Positions 44,485-54,300 of a DNA stretch of 64,000 nucleotides are shown piece by piece. Made by a program: the position numbers and the translations under genes. The notes under the pieces were generated by a model. It had not been told where the DNA came from and did no database searches. It saw only the letters and a list, made by a program, of their open reading frames with translations. Numbering within the stretch: the stretch's first letter is position 1; each line of letters begins with the position of its first letter. Source of the stretch: Candidatus Poribacteria bacterium (GTDB lineage: Bacteria; Abyssobacteria; SURF-5). Location: positions 3,733-67,732 of the forward strand of contig JACRIR010000135.1 of NCBI GenBank assembly GCA_016215705.1, given 5' to 3'.

Positions 44485-46113
44485 TCAGACTTTGCTTGTG
44501 TAGGGCCCCATATCGCCGTGTCGCTTCTCATTCTTTGTGCGGTCGGAAATTTCTACGGCAAAAATCCATTTTCTCAGCATGGTTCGCTCAGCCACGGTCA
44601 GGTCAACAAAGTCGATGCCTGCCTGAAAAGCCAGGCCGTGTTCCGTGTCGTTCTTGGATATCCACACGACGCGTCCGGTCTTTTCACCAAGGCGAAGATC
44701 ATTGAACAACTTCGATTCCAGTTTGAGTATCTCGCCGGTCTTGAGCGCCATATTGGTTGCGATTCTCATTCCGCCTTCGCTGATATCGAGAATCTCGCTG
44801 TCCATCCTGACGGTGATCTTGCCCGAAATCGCCTTGCGGAAGAATCGTCTGCTCTCGATTGACCGTTGCTGTCCGAGCAGCGCGCCCTCAAGCTTGGAGA
44901 CGAGGATCGAGGGATCGAGCGGTTCCGCGATGATATCGTTTATGCCGCTCCGGAACGCCGTTTCCACTTCCTCGCGTGAAATGCCGTGACTCAGCAAGAT
45001 CAGTTGAACGGGAGGCTTCTTCTCGACGTACCTTATCTTTTCAACCAGGCGGAACGTGACTGACTTGCCCGGTTCATGGCTGAGGATCACAAGCTTTGGC
45101 ATCAGTTCTGTATACTTCTTGATCATCTCGCCGGGGGTTGGAGCATTCACTATCCTGTGCCTGATGTTCCTCAATGCCGCGCTCACGGCGCCAAATAGAA
45201 TTCTCTGCGGAATGTAGCAAATGACGAGTGGGGCGGTCTGGCCTGCGGCGGTCTCACGGGCCGGCTCTTTCGGGGTATCACGCGCCTCTTTTTTCCACAA
45301 CTCAAGCTCATATGCGACCTCGCGCGCCGTCGTGTATCTGTCGGAAGGACTTTTTGCAAGCATCCTGCGCAGGATTTTTACGATTCTCGGCGGGACTTCC
45401 TCGCCGCTCGGGAATCTCGGTGTATCAAGCAGGTGGCCCTTGATAATCTCTGCCGGTGTCTTACCCTCAAAGGGCGGTTTGCCGACGACCATCTCGTAGA
45501 AAATGACGCCGAGAGAATAGATATCTGTTCGATGGTCGAGCACGCCCTCTCCGCATTGTTCAGGCGACATATAGATGGGTGTGCCGACAAAAGTCAGCGT
45601 ATCTTCGGATGTGTCGCCCGAGACAATCTTCGAGATGCCGAAGTCCGCGACCAGCACGCGGCCGCTCGATTCCACCAGAATGTTGCTCGGCTTCAGGTCG
45701 CGATGGACGATGTCATTCTTGTGCGCGCATTCGACTGCTTCGCACACCTGCAGAATGTATTCGACTGTTTCGTCAACCTCGAGCTTGCCCCTTTCCGTCA
45801 GCACACGCGAGAGGGGACCACCGTGCACGTACTCCATCGCCAGAAAAGGCATGCCATCGTGTTTTCCTACGCTGTAAATCTGAACAATGTTGCGGTGGCG
45901 AAGCTTTGACAATGCTCTCGCCTCTTGCTGGAACTTGCCGACGAAATTCTGGTCCTCGACATATCTCGGGTCAAGTACCTTCAGCGCAACGTCACGCTCG
46001 AGGTCCTTGTCGAATGCGCGGTAGACCGATGCCATAGCTCCCCGGCCCACAAATTCAACGACGTGGAAGTTGCCGATATCCTGGTCTAATAGCGCTGTAT
46101 CGAGCGATGACAT
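44485..46113 (-). CDS. Ser/Thr protein kinase fused to a degenerate receiver-like domain and a C-terminal PilZ domain
   Basis: Hanks motifs are present (GRGAMASVY, VALKVL, HRDLKPSNIL, VADFGISK, YMSPEQ). The mid-region is REC-like but lacks the acidic pocket and phospho-Asp (VILSHEPG). PilZ motifs are RRFFR and DISEGG (about 44550-44850). Start set at MSSLDTALL. Confidence 0.85.
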   Translation of the reverse strand: MSSLDTALLDQDIGNFHVVEFVGRGAMASVYRAFDKDLERDVALKVLDPRYVEDQNFVGKFQQEARALSKLRHRNIVQIYSVGKHDGMPFLAMEYVHGGPLSRVLTERGKLEVDETVEYILQVCEAVECAHKNDIVHRDLKPSNILVESSGRVLVADFGISKIVSGDTSEDTLTFVGTPIYMSPEQCGEGVLDHRTDIYSLGVIFYEMVVGKPPFEGKTPAEIIKGHLLDTPRFPSGEEVPPRIVKILRRMLAKSPSDRYTTAREVAYELELWKKEARDTPKEPARETAAGQTAPLVICYIPQRILFGAVSAALRNIRHRIVNAPTPGEMIKKYTELMPKLVILSHEPGKSVTFRLVEKIRYVEKKPPVQLILLSHGISREEVETAFRSGINDIIAEPLDPSILVSKLEGALLGQQRSIESRRFFRKAISGKITVRMDSEILDISEGGMRIATNMALKTGEILKLESKLFNDLRLGEKTGRVVWISKNDTEHGLAFQAGIDFVDLTVAERTMLRKWIFAVEISDRTKNEKRHGDMGPYTSKV

Positions 46114-46458
46114 AGTTATCCCTCGCTGATAATTGCCTATGCAACTGACGTCCGCATGTGCTGTCGCTCCGGCGCCCAATAAAACCGTGGAATGAACTCC
46201 GGACACTAATATTCGCTTGCTTGGAAAGCAAACATCATACCAAAGATTTGCGATCGTTTCCTCCGGTTATATAACTGCTTGTTGTGACAACTACTTCCGC
46301 AAATACAACAGAGTGCCATGTTATCCCACGAGTTCGCAAATAATGTCATTCATGTGCACAAAGGGACGCGGGAATACGAGTTCCCTTTCCCGTTTGTTCC
46401 CTCCATGCTACAATATGACCAAAAACATGCTCCGAACCCACTAAGCGAGGGCAACCCT

Positions 46459-47490
46459 ATGCTTGTCGGAGAACAAACGACCTATCGGGCCGATTTCTGG
46501 AATCCGGAACGGAATAATGAAGTTGATTGTTTCCTCTGCTGCCACCGTTGTCGCATCCTGAGCGGAAAACGTGGTATTTGCGGAGTTCGCGAGAACAGGG
46601 ACGGCGTCCTCTATAGCCTCGTATACGGCCGTGTCATCGCGGAGAATCCTGACCCCATCGAAAAGAAACCGCTCTACCATTTCCTTCCGGGCACGCGCTC
46701 GTATTCCATTGCAACGCCGGGCTGCAATTTCCGGTGCGGCTTCTGCCAGAACTGGCAGATTTCGCAGGCTCGCGGCGAACTCGAAAAATTTCCGAGGACT
46801 TACGTTGAGCCTCGCGAGATCGTGGATGGCGCGCTTCGCGCGTCTTGTGCAAGCATTGCCTACACCTACACCGAGCCGACTATCTTCATGGAATACGCGC
46901 TCGCCGTCGCCAGGCTTGCGAAAGAGAAGAGTCTTAAGAACGTCTTTGTCACTAACGGTTATGAGACTCCCGAAGCAGTAAAGGCGATGTGCGGCCTCAT
47001 CGATGCGGCCAACGTCGACCTCAAGTCATTCTCCGATACCTTTTATCGCAGCGTTTGCCACGGGCGGCTCGAACACGTGCTCAACTCCATCCGCAGCATG
47101 CACGAGGGCGGCATACACATCGAGGTCACGACCCTCGTGATTCCCTCTCAGAACGATTCCGAGGAAGAACTCGAAAAGATCGCAGGTTTTCTTTCTGAAG
47201 TCTCGCCGGACATGCCGTGGCACATCTCGCGATTCCATCCCGATTATCAGGCGCTGGACACGATTCCCACTCCCATCAGCACCCTGGAGCGCGCGGCGCA
47301 GATAGGCGAGCGCAAGGGGCTCCGTTATATATATGTCGGAAACGTGCATGACACCGAGCGCCAACACACCCACTGTCCCAGTTGTGGCAAGACCGTCATC
47401 AGTCGCTCGCTCATGCGTGTGACCGCCTCTAAGCTTAAGGATGGCAGTTGCGCTTACTGCGGCTCGTCGCTGCCACTGATAACGAAATAG
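46459..47490 (+). CDS. amrS: AmmeMemoRadiSam-system radical SAM enzyme
   Basis: N-terminal Cys-rich CFLCCHRCRI...GICGVR, then radical SAM CNFRCGFCQNW, and C-terminal HCPSCG...CAYCG. Start at MLVGEQTTY. Confidence 0.85.
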   Translation: MLVGEQTTYRADFWNPERNNEVDCFLCCHRCRILSGKRGICGVRENRDGVLYSLVYGRVIAENPDPIEKKPLYHFLPGTRSYSIATPGCNFRCGFCQNWQISQARGELEKFPRTYVEPREIVDGALRASCASIAYTYTEPTIFMEYALAVARLAKEKSLKNVFVTNGYETPEAVKAMCGLIDAANVDLKSFSDTFYRSVCHGRLEHVLNSIRSMHEGGIHIEVTTLVIPSQNDSEEELEKIAGFLSEVSPDMPWHISRFHPDYQALDTIPTPISTLERAAQIGERKGLRYIYVGNVHDTERQHTHCPSCGKTVISRSLMRVTASKLKDGSCAYCGSSLPLITK

Positions 47491-47676
47491 GGGAGAAACG
47501 AAAGGAGCGAGGCGCAATGAAACTGCACAGTGAGCGATGAACCATGGCAAATCTCAAGACGAAAGTGAAGAAATGATGAAAGATGGGGAAAGGGGAATAG
47601 AATGCTCTCACTCATAGATTGGCAACCCTAAACCATGAACCGTAGACCGTGAACTGTAGACCGTGAACCACATGCC

Positions 47677-48255
47677 ATGATTGCATTTGATGCAGGCGAC
47701 CATTTTGCAGAACTTAAGAGGCTGCATTCGCAAGTGCGGCGCTGCCGCAAGTGTTTCCTCTGGAAGACACGCAAAAAGGCGGTTCCCGGTGAAGGGCTGC
47801 CCGATGCAACCGTGATGCTCATCGGTGAAGCGCCCGGAAAGAAAGAAGACGCTGCCGGGCGCCCGTTTGTTGGGCCGTCCGGAAAATTCCTCGACCAGAT
47901 GCTCGAGGAAGTCGGCCTCGTGCGCGAAAACATATTCATAACATCCACCATCAAATGCATTCCTGTTCCCGCCGGCAAGCCGAAAAAAGTCAGCATCGAA
48001 GCCTGCAATCCCTATTTGCAGGGGCAACTCAAACTCGTCAACCCGAGAATCGTCTGTCTTCTCGGTGAAGTGGCGGCGCGGAACGTCCTTGGGGTTGATA
48101 AAGTCGCCGATGTCCGAGGAGAGATAATCAGGCGCAGTGAACACATATTCCTTGTCACTTATCATCCGGCGGCCGCTCGCCGATTTCCTGCCCTGCATGC
48201 GCACATGCGCAAAGACTTCCGTCTTCTCGCGCGTCGCGCCAACATACGACAATAG
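47677..48255 (+). CDS. uracil-DNA glycosylase, family 4
   Basis: CRKC...GEGLPDATVMLIGEAPGKKED...GRPFVGPSG...TYHPAAARR are family-4 UDG motifs. Confidence 0.9.
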   Translation: MIAFDAGDHFAELKRLHSQVRRCRKCFLWKTRKKAVPGEGLPDATVMLIGEAPGKKEDAAGRPFVGPSGKFLDQMLEEVGLVRENIFITSTIKCIPVPAGKPKKVSIEACNPYLQGQLKLVNPRIVCLLGEVAARNVLGVDKVADVRGEIIRRSEHIFLVTYHPAAARRFPALHAHMRKDFRLLARRANIRQ

Positions 48256-48386
48256 AGGAAGGGGGAACAAGCGGAGAAAGGGTCGAAAGGGGAAAAGGGG
48301 CAAAAGAGAGCCGAGAGGAACAAACTAAAGCGGCAGTTTCGGGTCACAGGAATTTGGAAACCCACTACCGAGAAAAGGGGCGGAAT

Positions 48387-48704
48387 ATGCAAGAACCACT
48401 GCGTGTGCCTCCGAGTGAGGCTCGAGGGAAGGTCAAATCAGGCGACGCGCTGCTCGTATGCGCATACTCAGACGCGGAGATGTTCAAGAGCATGCATTTG
48501 GAGGGCGCGATCTCGCTCCAGGAGTTCGAGTCGAAAGTGGCTGCGTTGCCGAAGACCCAGGAAATCGTCTTCTACTGCGCTTGACCCAATGAGCGCAGTG
48601 CCGCCGGTCAGGCGGCAAAGTATCTCGAAAAAGGATACACTAATGCAAAGGCTCTCGGCGGCGGTGTCGAAGCGTGGAGGAAGGCGGGTTTTCCGCTCGT
48701 CTAG
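48387..48704 (+). CDS. single-domain rhodanese-like protein with an in-frame TGA (48582-48584): candidate selenoprotein, otherwise a pseudogene
   Basis: The listed ORF stops at TGA after ...KTQEIVFYCA. The same frame continues PNERSAAGQAAKYLEKGYTNAKALGGGVEAWRKAGFPLV* (TAG 48702-48704), which is the conserved second half of a ~105-aa rhodanese. The TGA lies inside the active-site loop. Confidence 0.55.
48599..48617 (+). promoter_or_regulatory. SECIS-like hairpin downstream of the in-frame UGA
   Basis: Perfect 7-bp stem UGCCGCC/GGCGGCA with loop GGUCA. The stem starts 14 nt and the loop 21 nt after the UGA. Confidence 0.4.
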
Positions 48705-48715
48705 CTTGACGGGAG

Positions 48716-50200
48716 TCATTGTTTGACAAATGACCGCGCCTGGCCGCTCGTAATCACGTTGAGCGGCTGCTGGCTCAAATCCGCTCCGCGCACGCGCCAA
48801 AACACCTGCCGTCCGGCCGGAATGCGGTTCCAAATCGCCGCCGGCATCGCCCAGCTTGTCGCCGTGACGGTCATCCGCAGATTCTCGCGCGTCGACCAGA
48901 ACGGCGTGAAGGTCGGAGCGAGACTCAGGTCCACCGCGAATCCGTTGTTTGTTCCACCATCCGGCGTCCACGCAAACGTTGGGGGAGAAGTCAATACGGA
49001 CAGGTCTGCCGGCGATTGGAGAGTGATTGCCGCAAGCGTGCTGACGGTCGTTAAGCGATAGATTGTCCCGTCCACCGGGGATGAGTGCCCAAGATAGAGT
49101 TCACCCGCCTCGTCCTCACCAAAAGTTGTGATCGCGAGTGCCGTGTCCAGCATCGGGACTACTGTCCATCCACCAAGTCCGTCCGGAACCGCGCCCGAAA
49201 TTAATCCCGAGCAGAAATCGGCGAAGAAATATATCCCGAAAAGGTCGGGGAAGTCGGCCCCTCTGTATCGGTAACCGCCGGTGATGGAGCATCCGCCCGT
49301 GAGGTGGCTGTATTCCAGGATGGGCAGGGTCAATGTTCCGTCATTGCAGGCCGTTGTAGGATTGAAGCAATGATTACCCTCCATGAATCGCCACCCATAG
49401 TTCTCGCCACCCACGCTCGAGGCAGGCTGAAAATCAATTTCCTCCCACATATCCTGCCCAACATCCGCAATGAACATATCGCCGGTCAGCCGGTCGAACG
49501 TGAACCGCCACGGGTTGCGCAACCCGAGCGCCCAGGTTTCTCCACGCGCACCCTGAATCCCGACAAAGGGATTGCCGGCAGGGGTCGCATAAGGAACAGC
49601 GCTGTCGACGTCGATGCGGAGCATCTTCCCCAGGATCGTGTCCAGGCTCTGGGCGTTATTGAAAGGGTCACCCGCCGAGCCGCCGTCTCCCATGCCGATA
49701 TAGAGGAATCCGTCGGGTCCGAATTGGAGCTGGCCGCCATTATGATTTGCGAATGGTTGCTGTTGCGTAAGCACAATAATCGCCGAATTCGGATTGGCAA
49801 CATTCGGATTTGCCGAAACGGAATAACGCGCTACAACCGTGTCGCCGTTAACGTCCGTGTAGTCGATGAAGAAGAAACCATTGATTGCATAGTTCGGGTG
49901 GAATGCGACACTGAACAGTCCGCGCTCGCCGCCTGTCGATACAAGCGTTCTGATGTCCAGGAATGGAGTCGCCAACACTTGCGTACCATCAAAAACCACA
50001 ATTCGCCCGTCCTGAAGTGTAATAAAAAGCCTGCCGGAACCGTCACCCGCATTGGTAATATATGTTACGTTTGGCACGCCGGTAGCAATTGGCTGCAACT
50101 GCAAGACGGTTGCAGATTGCGCGCTTCCCGAAATCAGCAGAAGCGCAACACACACTGACAACCCAACCCACTTTCTCATTTCCATGAACTGCGTATTCAT
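48716..50200 (-). CDS. secreted PQQ-dependent sugar (glucose/sorbosone) dehydrogenase-like beta-propeller with a shared C-terminal module
   Basis: Signal peptide is WVGLSVCVALLLISGSAQSA. GSDH motifs are NHNGGQLQFGPDGFLYIGMGDGG and HLTGGCSITGGYRYRG. The last 103 aa match the C-terminus of 13875..15368. The start could be an internal Met. Confidence 0.85.
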   Translation of the reverse strand: MNTQFMEMRKWVGLSVCVALLLISGSAQSATVLQLQPIATGVPNVTYITNAGDGSGRLFITLQDGRIVVFDGTQVLATPFLDIRTLVSTGGERGLFSVAFHPNYAINGFFFIDYTDVNGDTVVARYSVSANPNVANPNSAIIVLTQQQPFANHNGGQLQFGPDGFLYIGMGDGGSAGDPFNNAQSLDTILGKMLRIDVDSAVPYATPAGNPFVGIQGARGETWALGLRNPWRFTFDRLTGDMFIADVGQDMWEEIDFQPASSVGGENYGWRFMEGNHCFNPTTACNDGTLTLPILEYSHLTGGCSITGGYRYRGADFPDLFGIYFFADFCSGLISGAVPDGLGGWTVVPMLDTALAITTFGEDEAGELYLGHSSPVDGTIYRLTTVSTLAAITLQSPADLSVLTSPPTFAWTPDGGTNNGFAVDLSLAPTFTPFWSTRENLRMTVTATSWAMPAAIWNRIPAGRQVFWRVRGADLSQQPLNVITSGQARSFVKQ

Positions 50201-50664
50201 GATGCACCCCCAACCCCTTATGCTCTAACCCCCCAATATGTCCCCGAGATTGTTTCGCCCCGCTCGCAATGACCGCCCAGGGGGCAGTGTTTCTTTCACA
50301 ATTAGCCACGTATGGCATGTGACGAGGCGCTCCTGGAGAAGGATGCGAAAGATGAAACGCCCTTCTCCTTTTTAGAAACTTGGCACAAAATCAAATGATA
50401 CGCCAACCAAGCGGCAATTTCATCGCGATGTTTCAAAAACAGGCAATGAAAACGACCTTAATTGTATTATCTTGCGACAACAAATCCGTTGCTCCGACTT
50501 GCGTCTGCAAAGCATTGTTGAGCGTCATTGCGCAACTGCCTGTGAAATAATTGCTTATGTATTCGACCGCGAAAGTCGTCTGTCCCATGATCCCATTGGC
50601 ATAGTCAATGCTCTCCAGTAAAGTAAAAAAAGGAAGAAGAGAAAACAAGTAAGGAGGTACGTAA

Positions 50665-51138
50665 ATGGCTATCGTAAGACATAGAGGGGCGAGAGAGTTC
50701 GAGCCCTTTACAAATTTCTTCGATTTTCCGGAACTCTTTACGGATCGGTCTGTCGATTTCCCGTTAGGGTTCGGTGGCAGACGGCTCTTGGACATGCCTA
50801 CGGTGTGGCATCCGACCGCCGATGTGTTCGAGGACGACAACTATTTCTATGTAAGGATGGACCTGCCGGGAATGACCAAGGACCAGATCGCGTTGTCCTT
50901 TGACGGCCATATCCTGTCCGTTACGGGTAACCGCGGAGAAGGCCAATATGGGGACGACACTTGCTACTGGTCCCGCGAGCGATACACGGGCGAATTCCAT
51001 CGATATGTCCACGTTCCGGGGGAGGTCAACTCCGAGAACCTGATGGCCAAGTATGAAAGCGGAGTCCTCGAAGTGGCGCTGCCCAAAACCGAAAAGGCGA
51101 AAAGACTCAAGATAGCTATCGAGTCCGGAGAAAACTGA
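50665..51138 (+). CDS. Hsp20/alpha-crystallin family small heat-shock protein
   Basis: TAAGGAGGT RBS. The alpha-crystallin domain is DVFEDDNYFYVRMDLPGMTKDQIALSFDGHILSVTG...GVLEVALPK. Confidence 0.9.
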   Translation: MAIVRHRGAREFEPFTNFFDFPELFTDRSVDFPLGFGGRRLLDMPTVWHPTADVFEDDNYFYVRMDLPGMTKDQIALSFDGHILSVTGNRGEGQYGDDTCYWSRERYTGEFHRYVHVPGEVNSENLMAKYESGVLEVALPKTEKAKRLKIAIESGEN

Positions 51139-51177
51139 GTGAGAGGGCTTTCCTCTTGACCCGTAACTCAGACCCGC

Positions 51178-51211
51178 GCGCCAGCGCACTCCAGCGCTGG
51201 CGCTTGCTTTT
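51178..51211 (+). terminator. intrinsic terminator after hsp20
   Basis: Perfect 10-bp stem GCGCCAGCGC/GCGCTGGCGC with a 6-nt loop, followed by TTGCTTTT. Confidence 0.7.
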
Positions 51212-51292
51212 GACTTTCCACTTTCGGCCTGCGCAATGCCTCAACATCTAGATGAACTTCCGTGTATGGGTTCTATATGTTGTATTTTTTTC

Positions 51293-51320
51293 TTGACAAA
51301 TCCCCAAAATATGGTACACT
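51293..51320 (+). promoter_or_regulatory. sigma70-like promoter for smc (TTGACA-N16-TACACT with TGG extended -10)
   Basis: TTGACA at 51293-51298, TGG at 51312-51314 and TACACT at 51315-51320, about 68 nt upstream of the smc ATG. Confidence 0.5.
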
Positions 51321-51387
51321 GTAGCCATAGTCATTCCAATTCACATCATTAGGCGGCGCGCACAGTATCATCCTGGAGACATAACTC

Positions 51388-54300
51388 ATGTATTTAAAAG
51401 AACTTGAGCTTTGCGGGTTCAAGTCATTTGCACACAAGACTACGCTCAATCTAGAGAAGGGAATATCGGGAGTTGTAGGCCCCAACGGGTGCGGTAAAAG
51501 CAACATAGGGGACGCAATCCGTTGGGTCCTCGGTGAGCAGAAGATGCGGGTGCTCCGCGGGCAGCACATGGAAGACGTCATATTCAGTGGAAGCGAAGAC
51601 CGCCACCCCCTCGGAATGGCTGAGGTCTCACTTGTTCTTGATAATTCGAGCGGAAGGCTTCCGCTTGAATATTCCGAAGTAAGTATCACCCGAAGGCTTT
51701 TCAGGTCGGGCGAAAGCGAATACTACCTCAATAAACTGCCTTGTCGCAGGAAAGATGTCGTTGAACTTCTCATGGGAACGGGCATCGGCGTCGATTCCTA
51801 TTCTCTCATTGAACAAGGGCGGATTGACCTCATCCTCAGCTCGAAACCGGAGGAACGACGCTACATCTTCGAGGATGCCGCCGGCATTATGAAGTACAAA
51901 ACCCGGAAAGACGCCGCGCTCAGGAAAATGGAGCGCGCCGACACGAACTTGCTTCGCCTCCAGGACACCATCATCGAGGTCCGGCGCCGGATAACTTCTC
52001 TCAAACGACAGGCCAACGCCGCTCAGCGGTATCGGCAATTCCGCGACGACCTGCGCGGCCTCGAGCTCAGGCTGGCTCTCCTCAAGTACCGCGAGCTCGA
52101 CGAAGAACACAACGTTCTTGCCGCTCGCGCAAAGCAACTCGGCGACCAACTGGCGGAAATCACGGCCAGACAATCGGGGGAAGAAAGTGATCTTGAAAAA
52201 GATCGCATGGGTATGCTGGAACTCGAGAAGGCCCTCTCGCAAGCCCGCGGTCATTCGCGAGACCTCCAATCGCAGATAGAGAAGACCGAAAGCCAGATTG
52301 CCTTGTTGCGCGAGCGAATCTCGGCAATAGACGCTCGAGAGAAACGCGACATCGCCGATATCGAGGAACTCGATCGATCGCTCGAAACACAAACGCATGA
52401 CCGCGCTTCGACCGAGGAAAAAGAGCGCGAGGCCACCGGGCGTGTTTCAGAGGCTCAACGCGGTCTCGACGAGAAAGAGGCCCAAATGGCCGGCCTCCTT
52501 CAGCAGCTTGCCGCCGGTGAGAAAGCGATAGAGGAATTACGCTCCCTCCAACTTGAGAAACTGAATCGGAAGATCAACCTGCAGAACGAGATCAATGCGA
52601 CCGAGACGAACATCCAGTCGCTCTCCAAACGCATGGCGAAGTTGTCCGAACGCAAAGTTCAAGTGGAGCAGAGCGTTTCGCAGCAAGAAAACCGACTGAG
52701 CGAGACCAGGTTCATGATCGAATCCCTCCGCGCCGCCCTGGCCTCGCTCGGCTCGGAATTAACCTCATTAAATGGAACTGTCGCTGCCAGGCATTCTGAA
52801 CTGGAAATGTCAGTCACGCGTCGCGATACGGCCCGTGACTCGCTCGCGTCCGCCCGCTCGAAGCTTTCCTCGCTGGAAGAACTGCGGGACAAGTTCGAGG
52901 GCTACGAGGACGGCGTGCGCGCTATAATGCTTGCAAAACAACACGGCGATGCCCGGGCAATCGGCGTCCTGGGTCCGCTGGCCGACCTTGTCCGCGCCAA
53001 TAAAGAACACGAGGCCGCCCTCGAAGCCGCGCTCGGTCAGCGACTCCAGAATATTGTGGTCGAGGACCTCGACGCAGCCCGCCTTTGCGTTCAACTGCTC
53101 GAATCAAGCCATGCGGGCCGCGCAAGCCTGATTCCCCTGGGCTCGTTTCCCACGAACGGGCATACTGCCGAGCCGCTGTCGCTCTTCGAGGCGGCGGGGA
53201 CCCGGGCAATCGATCTTGCGCACTGTGACGAGCGAATCCGGCCCGTCATCGAAAAACTTCTTGGCTCGACGTTCGTCGTCGAGTCACTCGACGCCGCCCT
53301 CGCGCTTGCGCCGTCGCTGGACCCCCGGCGCGACCTCGTCACGTTGCGTGGCGAGGCCATATCCTCCGTCGGCATTATCACCGCGGGCGATACCGGTAAA
53401 GGTCGCGGATTACTGGGCCGAAAAAACGAGATAGAAGAACTTCGTGACTCGATTGGAAAAAACACTGCTGTCGTCGAAACCGAGAACGCAAAAATAGCGA
53501 GCCTGAAAAACGACATCGAACAATGCCACGGACTCATCCAGAAACTCCGAACTTCCGTGGGATCGCATGAGGTTGAGCTTGCGAAGGCCGAGCGAGACCA
53601 GCAGCAACTGAGCGCAGGCAAACAGCGCGATGAGCAGGAATGTGACGTGCTCGAGCAGGAGCGCTTGCTCACCGCCCATGAAAGTCAGGAGCTCGCAAAA
53701 CAACAACAATATCTCATGCTCCGGATAGAGCAAGCCAGGATCGTTGAAGCCGAAACACAGGAAGAACTGAAGGGCGCAGGAGTTGCGCTCGGCGAGTTCA
53801 GAAACCGCAAAGACGTCCTGGCCGCCGAAATAGCCGATTTCAAGGTCAACCTTTCTTCACTGCAACTTACCTGTCAGACCTTCAAGAGAGAAATTCATCG
53901 ACTCGAGGCGGATATGCTGGAAACGGCGCGTCGTATCTCCGAGAAACGGAACGACGTCGCCGAGGGCGCCAGGACGCGGGCAGCTTTCGCAAATGAGATC
54001 GAGGACTCTCGTAGCGCGATCCAGCGGATATTCGAGCAGAAGCGCACACTCGACGCCGATATCGAGAAGACCGACGAGCAGAGACGCGAGCTCTTCGACA
54101 GAATGAAGGCCCTCGACGACAGTCTCAAGAAGACCCGCGCACTGGCTCACGATGTCGGAGCCCAACACCATCAGACCGAGATTGCGCTCGCGCAGAATGA
54201 AGAAAAAATATCGTTCCTGAAGGAGAAGACAATCGCTGACTACCGCCTGTCGATGTCCGAGATTGCCCAGGAGATTACGGTCGAGGAGAACTTCGACCCG

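Noticed and set aside
47608-48303. 231-aa minus-strand ORF covering the UDG locus
   Set aside because: The plus-strand frame carries all family-4 UDG motifs (GEAPG, HPAA). The minus ORF has none and begins in purine-rich spacer DNA.
48582-48584. Genome-wide TGA reassignment (code 4/25) as an explanation for the in-frame TGA
   Set aside because: TGA terminates other well-defined genes here, for example the sigma factor at 10970-10972 and the E1 fusion at 60228-60230. Family-length proteins end at TGA without read-through homology.
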